The notes beneath the pieces were generated by a model. That model ran no database searches and was not told the origin of the DNA. It was given only the letters and a program-made list of their open reading frames with translations. Positions 36,817 through 49,086 of a stretch of 64,000 nt of DNA are shown piece by piece. The position numbers and the translations under genes were made by a program. Each line of letters begins with the position of its first letter. Position 1 is the stretch's first letter. The stretch is from Amphiscolops sp. MND2022 (taxonomy: Eukaryota), in the NCBI GenBank assembly GCA_964187785.1, contig OZ076409.1:46006001-46070000 (forward strand), written 5' to 3'.

Positions 36817-37545
36817 TGTAACGATAAGCGCTGGCGCTTGAACCGCAACGTAGAGTGGAGGAACTAGAACAGCGAATATAATCTGGGACCTAGATCTCCG
36901 CTGCTCTAGCTCATTTTCCCTCCGAAGGAGCCAGTCCCAAAGTGGGGGAACCGCCTTGTAGGATACTCTCTGGCCTGGTCCTAGTCTGTAACTGCTAAAA
37001 GTAACAGGCATCTTGCAAGACTCAAGACCACTGCTCAACTAGCCTTTAAGAATTGGGCTGAAAATCGATGAAGGTTGAACCGTAATATTGGAGAATCTGA
37101 TAAAATCGCCAAATTGGATAAACAGATGATAAATAACAGCTCTCGAGCACATTAATTTATCACATCGAGGAATACAACAAGAAATCTAGAGTTCAGAGTC
37201 ATTTGATAGAACTTGACCTCAGCTTCCCAGCAATAGCGCTAGTTGCCACACAGGATACCGCAGGGATACTCAGGCGAACATCTGGAACACTGGTTTTCTC
37301 TACTGTAGTAATGGATATCTCACAGAGATAGACACAATACCGTGTTCTGTATGCGTTGAGGACGTCTTTTTTGTCGTTTCCGGTGCTTGTTGGTCGCGAG
37401 CGGCGATTTCTGCTTTTTTGGGGTGCTTTTTCTGGCAGGTACTTCGTATTGAGCATGTTTGAGTGGCACGTCAAATTTGAACGAATTTTTGACAAAATTT
37501 CTAAACATGTCGGTTGATATTGCTGTACCAGAGCTTGCCGTTACA
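36817..37545 (-). repeat. 5' LTR
   Basis: TGTAACG...CGTTACA; 729 bp. Confidence 0.97.
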
Positions 37546-40159
37546 TACCATTCAAGAGATGCACGAAAGCTGTAGCAAGAATTCTTTGACTATTTGATTA
37601 GCGTAACTGAAAACTTTGAGAAAATTGATCAACCAATATGATTACTGCGGTTGACTCATCATGAATGAAAGAACGATGTCGAAGCATGTCGCTGTTTCGG
37701 CTTTAATGAACTTGCTACTGACAATTGAAAACAAAAAATATTTGTTTCGACGAACTCCTTCATTTTGACGATTGTTGAAGCAAGGAACTTTTGACCAGCG
37801 TAGAAATTGTGCGTATGCTTACAGACCGGAAATCTTTCTTGCTCTGTTACATGAGCAACGAGCAACATTTGCGCTTTGGGCGTCTGATTTTTCAAAAAAG
37901 CAGCTTCAATACCGTTGCTCTATTTTCAACCAACGTTTTTAAAGCGCTATGAGACAAAAAAAAAACCGTGCCTGAGTTTTCGGAGGCGTGTTGCTCCCAA
38001 ATTTTTTCAGCTACTGCATCAAAGCGTTCCGTGACTACGTAAATTGGAATAAACGATCAAAAATGGGCGCGGACGCTGCACTGTTGAAGATAGGGATTAC
38101 ATTTGTCCGCTGTTTTGATTATCTTCCTCGATACCGTAACGGTTTTTGCTTTTGACTGCGTTAAAACTAACAATAGAAAGGAAATGTTCGCGAACAATGA
38201 GAATTTTCTTCTCCTAACGCTTCCGCAAAAGATTCAGCGTGACACTGTACTTTGTCTTTGTGATCGTCAGCGAACTTCGACAAGGTTCTTCTTTCGCAGA
38301 TCTTTTTGGGTACTGTAGGATTTTTTATCTGTTGTTTGAATCGACAGAGGCCTTATGAAAATCAATGATCGAAATCCATTTATTTTAGCATCCGGAAAAA
38401 CAAAGCATTTTGAGTTTCGATATTTTGATGTTCTTTGTTGACAAAATAGAGTCTTTAAAAGAAAAACTTGATCACCAAATTATCACTTTTCCTCGAGTTT
38501 AGGCTGTGCGTTGTGAAAAAAACTTTCGGCGACATCGATATAACGTCAAACCTTCTGTAGTAGGTCAATTCTTGCCCGATGTTCACATTCAACATTCGGT
38601 GTTATCACTTCAATTTGAATGCTTGTCAAAGCGAGCGCAAGAAGTTCTTGTGAAGATGTCGCTTCGACTTGATCGAAGGTTACGCCATTTACCGATCTTG
38701 GGACATGTGCAAAAGATGATTAAAAAAGTAGTCAACGTAATTGCACGAAACGTTTGTGTTAACAAAAAAGCAGAACCAGGAGTGCTGCAATCTCCTGTGA
38801 TTCGAAAAAATGAGTTAAAATTTTGTTTCAAACAAAATACACACAACAAAAGCATCATGACTCGTTGAATAGAAACCTATTTTCAGCGATTTTTTGCGCG
38901 CAAAGGTTTCACACTAGCTAAAATAGTCTTAGTACATTAGAATCTTGGCCACAGCTACGCTCGTTGCTGATGTGCTCATTTAACCTGCTCAAAGAAAACC
39001 AAACACTAGAACCATTCGCTGCATTCCATATCTTGTTGAAAGTTATGGATTCGCATGAACCCGTGAGTGAACGGTGTTCCTCCAATGTTTCCAGTGAATT
39101 CTATGCTCTTGTCTTAGAATCGCAAGCGAAAGTGGGGTGGTCACAGAGTCTTAATCGAGCCAATACTGGTGCTTGATTTGCTTTCAGAAGGTTCACTATT
39201 CCATTAGAAATAAGTGAGAGTTCTGTGTGGATTCTTGATTTCCGATTCCGACTAAGGAAGTTGGCAGCATCATAGAGCTTCAAAGAAGCATATCTTTCTG
39301 CTCTGAAAAATTAGGCCGTTTCGCAACTTTGGATTAAAACTGATAGTGACATCTTGACAATTTCGAAAAAAAGGCGCTTCACAATTATGCATATTGAAGA
39401 TGAAGAACTCAAAACTGGAAGTGACTTCACAGAAATAGACAATGATATTTCTAAAATTTTAGGGGCAGAACAAAGAGAATTATTTTTTAGTAGGAAATCG
39501 TTGATGGTTGAAAACTTTGTCAAAGTTTCGAGAGTTTCAGGAATGCATTCTGTTAGTTTTTTCTTCAGCTGTGAGCTTCGCATTGGCGATTGTATCAGCC
39601 ACTTGACTGACAGCCATGTTGATATTTCAAAGTTCTTTTCTGTCGACCATGTTGCTCCATGGAAGATCATCATGACAAAATGGCCATTGTGATTCATCAA
39701 AGTTCACTGTGTTACAAAAAATTTGAAGGATTTTTTCTCGAATTGAGATTGTTATGCTGGTTATTAGGATAATCGAAAGTTTTACGTTTGAAACTGTTTT
39801 AGTTAATTTTAAAAGTTCTTATATTTCAAAATCAAAACTTCTGAACAACCCTAATAAATGCGTTGCAACCATCGTATATTAAAAACGTGTTGCTCGTTTT
39901 CCAATGCTGAATTTTTGTTATTTTGATTTTAAAGTTTTAACAGCAATGTTCTATTTGGAAAAAAATCACAAGAACTTGTCCAGTCGACAATTTCTGATCT
40001 TCATAACTTTTTTTTCCAAACAGCTTGTCTTGGAAGCAAGTTTTCAAGATTTTCAATGTTGAGACGGTTCCATGCTTTCAAACCCGACTTTTTCTCTTTA
40101 GTAACATAAACAACCAGTATCTGCCACATCCAATTAAAAATCTTCAATAACAACACGAA

Positions 40160-43100
40160 ATGAATTTTTCTGATGTTCCAAATATCACTGCTGGCTATTC
40201 ATCATTGGATGACGTCATGAAAGAAGAGAACTTCGTTTTGTGGATGACCAAAGCTGTGACTTTGTCAACTACGATTCTGTCTGTTCTTGGAATCCTGTCG
40301 GATGTTGTTGCTTTCCGCATCAGCTGGGGACTACCGGAGAAAAAGTCAGCCAAATCGTTGATGCAAATGCAAGCAGCTGCCGATTGCTTTCAGTGTGTTT
40401 TCCTTTTATTGGGAGCAATTCGGAGGCTGAAAGGTTGGGCGAAATTTCTACGAATTCAAACTCTATTGAAGTGTAATAGTCCTGAACAAACGTTGCAGCT
40501 AGATACGTCAAACATTATTTCAAACGTTCATTAGGTTTATCTTCCTAGTTTCTAGATTTCTTGATCCAGGCCCGCACCAGGTCCTAACATTAAATTGGAG
40601 TTCAATGTACTGCTTCTTTTGCAATTTTACACTTCTTGGTTTGATCATCATGAAAGGACTCAGAATAGTGATCAAGAGTTGACAAAAGACTACGATTTCG
40701 TGAACCAATGCTGTACATGGGTAGCATAGATTATCATTATTATGAAAACTCCAAGAACCAGTTTTCTGTTTCTCGAAAATTTCATGTTTGCACCGCTAAT
40801 ATATGTTTGAACTCTTCAGTCGCATTGGCGGCACTACCAAATTGTTTGAATTGTAGAACTTTTGTGAACTCTTGGAAACACATTTTGGTAGGACACGTTC
40901 CTATTTTAAACTAAATGGTTTCAGTAACTAACCAATAAAGATACTACTAGCGTCCCCTCTTTCATCAATGTCAAAAAAAGTACGGACACTTTTCTAAAAA
41001 AGGACCTTTTACTTCCAAACAAGCTGAGAGTAATAATTGACAGTTCAGATCATCAATACTTTAGCCGTTGCAAATGATCCTCGTACCTAGTCCATAAAAT
41101 TCGAAAAAGTCAATTTTGCAAATTTTACGTGGGCTTGAAAAAAAACAAGGGTATTGTGTGCCATTTTGATGCATGGAAGCATTGCAACGTGATAGGTTTT
41201 CCATTGAAGGAAATAGGGCTCAATCAAGAGCATCGCCAAGGCCAAAATTCCAGAAAAACCTATTACCATATGTTGGTTGGTTGAACCTGACTTATCGGTT
41301 GAAAGGTTTTGTGATGATGAACTTTGAAGAGCCATGTCGTGCTCACCGCATTGATCCAAAGGAAAGTGCTGTACGTAAACTTTATGAATCCTACTGTATG
41401 TGGAATTTCACTTGATTCAAAATTTTAAAATCATCCTGGAGTGCTAAAAGTGCCGCTAGAGAAAGAACAGAAGTTTTCAAAACTTTCACATTTTTAACTC
41501 ATATAGTAACTATCAATTTTTTAGTCGGCCCAATCCGTAGGAAAGTGTGTCCGAGTATAACAGTGAGAGTTTTTTTCACCATATAACTAATGTACTTTTT
41601 GGAAAATCTTTGACTGAGATCTAACCACCATCGAAAAGGACGAAATGGCTCTCCGTTTTAGAGGTTTTACATTTTCACTTGAATTACAAATCTTCATGAT
41701 GCCAACATGAGCCTTTGTTCTTTTTCCAGCACTTCTTGAATTTTTTAAATTTTGGGCCATTTTTAATTTGTTCGAAGTCTTCTGCCCCAAAGTTTTGGTT
41801 GATTACTGAAAGATTAACTTTTTGAACGTTTCTGAAGCTTGAATATAAAAAAGTGCCCTTGAGCATGTTTCAAAAAAGCCTTTTTACTTTTGATGACCGT
41901 TACGATTGTCCTTTTCAGTTACCAAAGTATTGTGTAGTAGTTGTTGGAGCATCCAGCTTGTATCAAGATCGAATCCTTTTTCACTAACAGTTGTTAGGTG
42001 TTACAAAGTACTTCGACCTTGTCTTAAGTGATCCACCCACCGTTTAACACTAATTACTGTTATTGTCTTCATTGAGAAGTTTTTCATGAGAATGAGAAAC
42101 GCAAAGCACCTAAAGGACTTCGAGCAAAACATTATGAAACCTCTTCATTGAGCCTACCACTGGTTGAAAATATCGTACCATAGCTGACTATGATGAGATA
42201 AAACCCGAAACTTTTCCAAACGATTTATATAGACAAAACTTTGTCAGCGCTTGTTTGACACATTGATGAAGCACTGACATTGAAACTTAGATATGGCTGT
42301 TTGGCATCCACGTCGCAAAATTGGATATATGAACTGTTCGATGCGTATTTTAGGTTTGAAAATAACCGATTACGACTCCAACTTATCTTGCAAGTTATCC
42401 AAGTTTCCCTACACTTTTGCGCCTCATGTTGTCGCGCTGACAACGAGCTGCATCGCTGCAGACAGACTTGTTGCAGTCATGATTCCCATTCAATACAAAA
42501 CTCATGCTACTGAAGCTAAGGGCTATCTGGTTGGGTCTGTAGCCATGCTTCTTGGATTTTTAATTGCTAGTCCAACGTTTGTGCTCAGCCAATTGGTTGC
42601 TGATAAATGCATTATCGGTGAATGGAATGATCTTGTCTACCAGCTTCATGCCTATGCAAGTAAGTCTGCTTACTCACGGCCTTCTGATAATAATTTTTTA
42701 TACTAAAAAGGAAAGAAGGTTGAATAAGAACAACCATCAAACTATTTTTCTAATCTACAAGTAGGCTTTTCGATGATTGCTAGTAATCCTAACTAGGCGA
42801 AGGGCCTATCAATTGACATTCTCTAAAGTACATGTCATCTACTCAGTTTTTTCAAGTACTGATTGCAGCTTGAGTACTTCAAGATACTTTGAAATACAAG
42901 ATTCAAATTTAGGACAACCCGTCATTTTTCAATGTGTTTCAGTCATTGCTTACATACCAATCTCGACAATTTGCACATTGACTGTTGTACTGACAATTAT
43001 AAAGCGCAAGGTCTCGTCACGATCAACAGCCAGGAAGACCAACACTTTTTCTAAACGAGACAAAGAAGTGACAGCTGGTTTAATTGCGCTGTGTTGTGTT

Positions 43101-45084
43101 TTCATTGTGTCTGAAACAGGGTAAGTAAATTACAATAACCAGTGTTTTTGAATGTTCGACACTTGTAGTGAAAAAATACTTCTCCTAAAGTTCCATGGTC
43201 CTTCGTCAACTACAGCTACCGATCCCAGCGTGTTACTCTGGTTTCATCAAATTTTGCCCACGTTTGTTGTTTCCGACAGTTTTGTGCGATCATATACTTA
43301 AGATTTTTCAACATTACTTCATTCTTCAGTATCAAAACTTGGACAATACTTATGCTTCTAGCGTCTTCTATTCCACTTATAACAAAATAGTGCCAAAATT
43401 TCCCCACCAAAACACTACTAAAAGTACTTGTAACATGTTTCAATCGTCAATTGATTTCACGTTGCAACTACTGTTTATCAAAATCCGTTTGAAGTATATT
43501 TCAGCCGTTTTCCACACAAACCAAATGCATGGTAGTCGCACTGATGTTTCACGGATGTCACACTTATTGGACGCTTTTGTGAAATTTCAAATGCATCCAA
43601 AAAAATGCAGGGTAACAATATTGAACACACATATGTATTTGAAACCGAATGAGTAAAATGAAAAGGGGGACCCAATATCTCAACATAAACCGAAGATCCT
43701 TCTGAATGATTAGGGGTGATTTTCAGCCGTTACTTGTTTTTTTTCTCCAGACCACAGAGCTCACACTGGAAGGGCCACATTTTAAAAACTTTACACTTTA
43801 GACCTAAAGCGTACCGGAAGAAGTACTCCCTTCGAGCACTTCATAATGTTTCACTTCGAAATTATCCGTGAAACATATGGGATCGATAGGTCCCCGCCAG
43901 AGTTTTTTGGGCTCATTCATCGGCCTTTCATCAGAAAGTACCCTTGAACCCTGTGATCGAGGAGACTGCTCATTTCGAATTTCGTGAGGGCGCCGACTTC
44001 TCCCGTTTCATAAAATTATTTCAGAATATTGTTGGTGCTGAAATTGTATGCGTTTTCAAATGAATGATGAGCCTGATTTATATTGGACTAATCGAAAATT
44101 GTTCAACGATACATACAGAAATATATACATACAAATGAACAAACTGAGACAAAAGCAACAATTGCTGTATGTAGACGACCCGATCTTTCAAGCCATAAAT
44201 TATATATGGGAGTACAACCTTTCTAGGTTGAAGCTTCAAACTTTCAAAAACACTTAATATATTTTTTCTCAAGTACAATCTTCAGTAGCCAATTGAACTG
44301 AAAAAAGTCCTCGCATGAAAACTTTTTATGCAAGTTTTTTGGGACACATTCCTAAACTTCCGCCTATGCATAGTTTGATAATTTTTAATAAAAAAGTTCA
44401 AAAAGACCATTTCTCACCGTTATTTTCTTCTAATCTTCGCACTGTAATCTTAATCTTTTTTACCAAGAAATAGTTGGTTCTTAAATTAATTCATACATCT
44501 GATAAAGAGATATTAATGAGACAAAATGTATTCAGTTTTTTTGTTTAGATTTTCTTTAAAATTTTGCCTGAAGAGACGGAAATTATTCCAGAGCACTCCT
44601 TGCCTTTGGTATGAGTTGGTTTTAAATCAATGTCAATTAAATTTTCAACAAAAGTTGAAAAAAAAACTAATCACCAGGTGAACGCCACTCAGTTGTCGAA
44701 CTCTTTGATTTTTTCACTGAAGAAATGACAGACAAAACTCCGACACAGACACACCGAAGTTTGATATTTGACAGTTTGGCAATCACGTTGTTTCGCTTCG
44801 ATCATTTTTGATTCGGTCCAAAGAACCTATTATTTCTAGTCGTCCACAATATGTTTCAGAAACTTCTCCATTTCAGGTACGCTGTCTTGCAAATGGGGGC
44901 TAAGACCGGCTGGAACTCTACAGTGGATGTTTCGCAGTCGATGAGTAAATTTTTGCTAGCACTGAGTGCTTTTTGTCTGGTAGTCAATAGTGTGGCCACT
45001 GCTCCCATCTACTTGTGCATTACGCCAATGCGTCAAGCTCTCTTCAAAACATCCTCCCAACCAACTAGCAACAATCAAGTCTAG
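40160..45084 (+). CDS. Divergent class A (rhodopsin-like) GPCR, 4 exons: 40160-40433, 42354-42659, 42943-43120, 44877-45084; 321 aa
   Basis: All three introns are GT-AG and phase-compatible (1, 1, 2); total 966 nt. Seven hydrophobic segments, N-glycosylation sequons (NFS, NIT), AAAD (TM2), C3.25, AADRLVAV..P (TM3), ECL2 Cys, YIP (TM5), NS...PIY (TM7). Confidence 0.9.
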
Positions 45085-47695
45085 ACCAAGTTCTGACAAT
45101 CTGAAAAGTATTCAACTCACTTCGAAGTATGCAAACTTTTTAGCGACAGTTGAACTGAAGTAGCGTTTACATCGCCAGAAAGCTAGACAAATGTACTCAT
45201 CGCGAAAATATGATAAAATGGAAAATATAAAATTCGGTTTTTTTAATGATTTTGTTGATGAAAACTTTGCTAGCTCTTCAATTCAGCTGTAACATTATTC
45301 TCTAAAACTTTTCCTCAAGTTTTTTTCCTTTAAAATTATACTTCCCCAATTTTGTTGCTGCCTCGTCAGAAACACCACGCTAAGAACCCCCGCATGTTTT
45401 GAATCACATTATCATTTTTGTTTCTCAGAGCACCCAAAAAAGCTATAGTGAAGCCATAATTACATGCGCAACTCTGCAATTACATGTGTTCTGATAGAAG
45501 TTTAAGGTTTAGCTTCTCCCAATAATAACTTTGCAGAAGTACTTATATAATCTTTCCAGGTAACTAGGTCGCATTCCTTTAGAATGCTACTGTGATCATT
45601 AAAATCGATGATTGAAAATTGGAATTTGCTGAGTCAATATAAACCCATAAGATTATCTTTTCACACTACTTTCAAAAATTTTTCGACAAAACAGAGCATG
45701 CATTTTCAAAGATTTCACTTGAACTCTACCCATTTGCATGGAAGCAATCTGCTCATACCTTTATTCAATAAATCGAGTTTTGAAAATCATATATATCAGA
45801 AATCCGAGTGTAATTGTGCTTGTAATACAATAACACGATCTTCACAAAAAATCTTTTGTCTTTTCTTCACGAGATATATGGTCAACAAAGCCTCCTTTTC
45901 ATGCAGACATTGACCTTTTACGTATGTCACTGGAAAGCTGCTTTGGTGTATCTGCTAGTATTGGGATTCTTCAGAACCTTTTGAAAGAAAACCGTGAGCG
46001 TACTTGGAACAAACTCACTTTGAAACCACGGTGTAAATGAATCGAATGTTGCGAACCTGACTTTGCCGAGTTTATCAAAAACCATATTACTTTTCGGTAA
46101 TTTAGATGGAAATTTGATACATACAACAACACATATCAAACTTGATTTTGAAACTTTTTGATTAACAACATCTACGATTCTAGAATTTAATTCCAGCTCC
46201 AGCCAAAGGCATTAAAGCAATCGGTCAGTGATTCGTGCACCTGATCAAATCAGGAGAGCCTACAATTCATAGGATAGCTAAAAGATCATACAATCGAACC
46301 AAGATCTTATACTTTTGTGAAGGCAAACCCAATATACGGCCTCGACAAAATGCCATTTCACCATTCAAGACAAACGAAAATACAATGCTGAAGTTCTGTA
46401 ACAGTGGTATAGTCTAGACATCATTAGACGTCACAATTCTAACTAAACGTTCATCTGTGTTAGATACCTGCCAGACTGTTTATGTAGACTAAAACTGATG
46501 AAAAACATGTTGGCTCGATATAGATACCTTTATTTAACTAAAGTCTTTGCTTTTTACTATACACTGTTTTGACCTTGAGTAGCCTTAGAATACGAGGTGG
46601 CACAGCCAGCATTGGATTAATTCTAAATCACAAAATTATTTTGGACCGAGATTTAGCCATCCACAGTAACAAGTAACCGGAGCGGCAGAACAAAAATCAT
46701 CAATACAGTGCATCTGCAAGCTTTTTCTGAGCGTTTTGCGGAAATCAAGACACGAACTCTCGGAAACCGGGACGCGTGCACTGAATTCATTCCTTTGATG
46801 TCGACTGCCTTAGCTTCCTTTGAAGTTGACATCTTACTTTCCGCATTTTTGTGTCTTGGCAAGTTTATAGGGCCAATTAATTGCCACTTATGCCAGGCCT
46901 CAATAGGGCCAATTATGTAGAGAGCAAATAGTGCAACGTGTCTCAGATTCCAGAATTTTATTCAGTAGAGTAATTCGTACACCTAGATTCCGGAACAATT
47001 ATAATATGTTTCTGCATTTTATCCCTTGAAATCAGATGAAAATTGCTAGAAAACATACTGTTCGGAAACAAAATTCTGTTAAATGAAGCTTCACGATTTG
47101 ACCCACAATTGGAACCAAAATATCTCCAAGTCCACAACAATTATTTCATTGAAATTTTCATTTTTTTTCAATTTCATTACAGTTGGTAGAAAAGTAAGCT
47201 TTTTTTCTTAAGATGGTCTTTTCCATTGAATCCCCCGCAAACCCTTCCCCCCGCAGTATGCGCAGAAATTTTAATTCCCCAACAACTACCAGCGATGATG
47301 TAGAGTCATAAAATACTGCTATTTGATTGATTGTTAGTATTATTTCAATGATAATTTTTCTTGACCGCCTATGTGAAGTGGAATAAGTTAGTGGGGGGAA
47401 TTAACAGAAAAGATACGTAAGCGTTTTTTCTGATTCTTTTCTAATATAATAAGACTGTAGATTTCGGTATCTAAAGTTCGGTTGGAAACAAAAGATTCAA
47501 TGCTTTATTCAATAGAGGCAATGATGCTCAGGAAGATCTCAAAATTAAGCTTTGGTTGCAAAAGAACAATAATTTTAAATAAAAATACCAAACAGTATCA
47601 AACAACGGCTAGCTTTTTTGCTTTTTTTCAAGCTTATTTGAAATACATTTAATGGTAAAAATACAAAAAAAATCTGGCATTCTTTTCTACACAAT

Positions 47696-47767
47696 TGCCG
47701 TTAGCGAGATCTGAACCCACGAGCTTACGATTTGAAAGCTAGTGCGCATCCTATTTGGTCAACGGGT
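47696..47767 (-). pseudogene. Degenerate tRNA-like sequence or SINE head
   Basis: Minus strand CCGTTGACCAAATAGG (A-box-like) ... GTGGGTTCAGATCTCGCTAACGG (B-box-like; CCGTT/AACGG acceptor-like pairing). Confidence 0.45.
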
Positions 47768-47814
47768 CTTCTTCTTTGAACGATATCTATTTGGTAATAA
47801 ACTAAATGCTTTTG

Positions 47815-47909
47815 AGCAGGATATGCGCTCGATTATGCGCTTTGATGCGCATACTCAAAAATACGGGCTCATTATGCGATTTTAGCGGCGCACAAAACTA
47901 CGGTCCCTG
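47815..47909. mobile_element. Possible hAT-type MITE end
   Basis: Clustered ATGCG(C) subterminal motifs ending in GGTCCCTG; the reverse complement begins CAGGG. Confidence 0.3.
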
Positions 47910-48169
47910 AAGCTGCCTTGAATAATTATCACGTTGATAGAATACTATTTTTATAGGTCACGACAAACGATTACGTAACTACGAGAGTTACGCTATTCTG
48001 TCAGTACGCTATTCCGAAGTTCAACTCTAATAATAACTTAATTATGACGATTCGATCCACAATTGGAACCAAAATCTCTTCAATTGCATTCTATGTGTCA
48101 TATCGATGACGGCCCAGTGGTTCATAATCAAAAAAAAGTTAATATATGCGTTCAATGCAACGCCATAAC

Positions 48170-48431
48170 GGGGATGGTGGCGCAGTTGATAAAGCGAGTA
48201 GTGAAGCTTGAGGCGTAGCCTGTCACCGGATCGATCTCCGTCAAAACATTCTGCAAGGTGACTCTATACAGACAACTCTGTCTTCCCCCAGATCGATCCG
48301 GTAAAAGACTTCGGAGGGCCTAATTGAAGATTCACTGCGCCACTGCATCCCTTTCTTCTGTCTGGCAGGTCATCCTGTCTGTGAATGTCTGAGATGACTC
48401 GCTATATTAAATCAAACTCAAAAACTCAAAT
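48170..48431 (+). mobile_element. tRNA-derived SINE-like element with fold-back structure
   Basis: A-box GGTGGCGCAGTTGATAAAGCG, B-box-like GGATCGATCTCC, AAACTCAA-type repeat tail, nested inverted repeats. Confidence 0.65.
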
Positions 48432-49086
48432 GTTTCGATTGATTTTGTTGTTAATGATTTGAAGCATCAAAACTCGACCCACAATTGGAACCAAAATCTT
48501 TAACTTTTTTTCTCGATAACTCAATAACAGTTTTGTACATTTCGTAATTTTTTGAAGTACGTTTTCTCTTAACTCTAATTATCAACGTGCTTCCGATGTA
48601 ACTTTTGGTATGAAGTTTATTGAAACATTTGTTGCACTCAAATGTGATTTAAGATTACAAAGTAATTGACTTCTTCAAATCAAATTTAATTTTTTGCATA
48701 GCGTTGCAATTGTTGCAAAAACTGATTTGAAATGGTTAAAAATCAAGTTCAAGCTTTCGTCAGCATTCTAATCTCAAAACTGTTCCAGTTGAAATTGAGT
48801 AACAGCATTTGGAACAATGACGTACAATAAAACCAATGCTACAAAAGTCTAAAAGTTTGCAAATGAAAGTTCGCATTCACCTTCAATTTTCCTCGTCCGA
48901 TTCATCTGCAAGATTGTCACTGTTTTTTCTTGGTTCTTGACTACCGTTTAAGCGACCGCTTGTGTTTCCAGAGCTGCTTCTTGACTGTGATTCACTGAAC
49001 TCAGAGCGAGCTGTCGGATCCTCGTAGTCGAACATTAACTGTTCGAAGGGATGAATTGTTCTGCTTGCTCGGAGGACAACAGTTAC

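Larger units (their letters stand above)
18935..37545 (-). mobile_element. Giant (18,611 bp) Ty3/Gypsy LTR retrotransposon, decayed
   Basis: Two 729-bp direct repeats bounded by TGTAAC...GTTACA; PBS and PPT present; domain order Gag-PR-RT-RH-IN on the minus strand. Confidence 0.97.

Noticed and set aside
40556..40580. Possible 25-nt GPCR micro-exon (AG…GT bounded)
   Set aside because: It would shift the frame; exon 1 already joins 42354 in phase.
41580..42120. Possible SGNH-esterase relic in GPCR intron 1 (DSILIQAGC; FDGG*IS)
   Set aside because: The motifs lie in different broken frames; chance similarity cannot be excluded.
47696..47767. Functional tRNA gene
   Set aside because: The anticodon and D stems do not pair well and the T-loop is non-canonical; kept only as a relic.
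48883..49085. Minus-strand tail (LRASRTIHPFE…) resembling a BEL/Pao integrase C-terminus
   Set aside because: Too short, and the rest of the ORF is antisense to the Tc1 fragment; cannot be supported.
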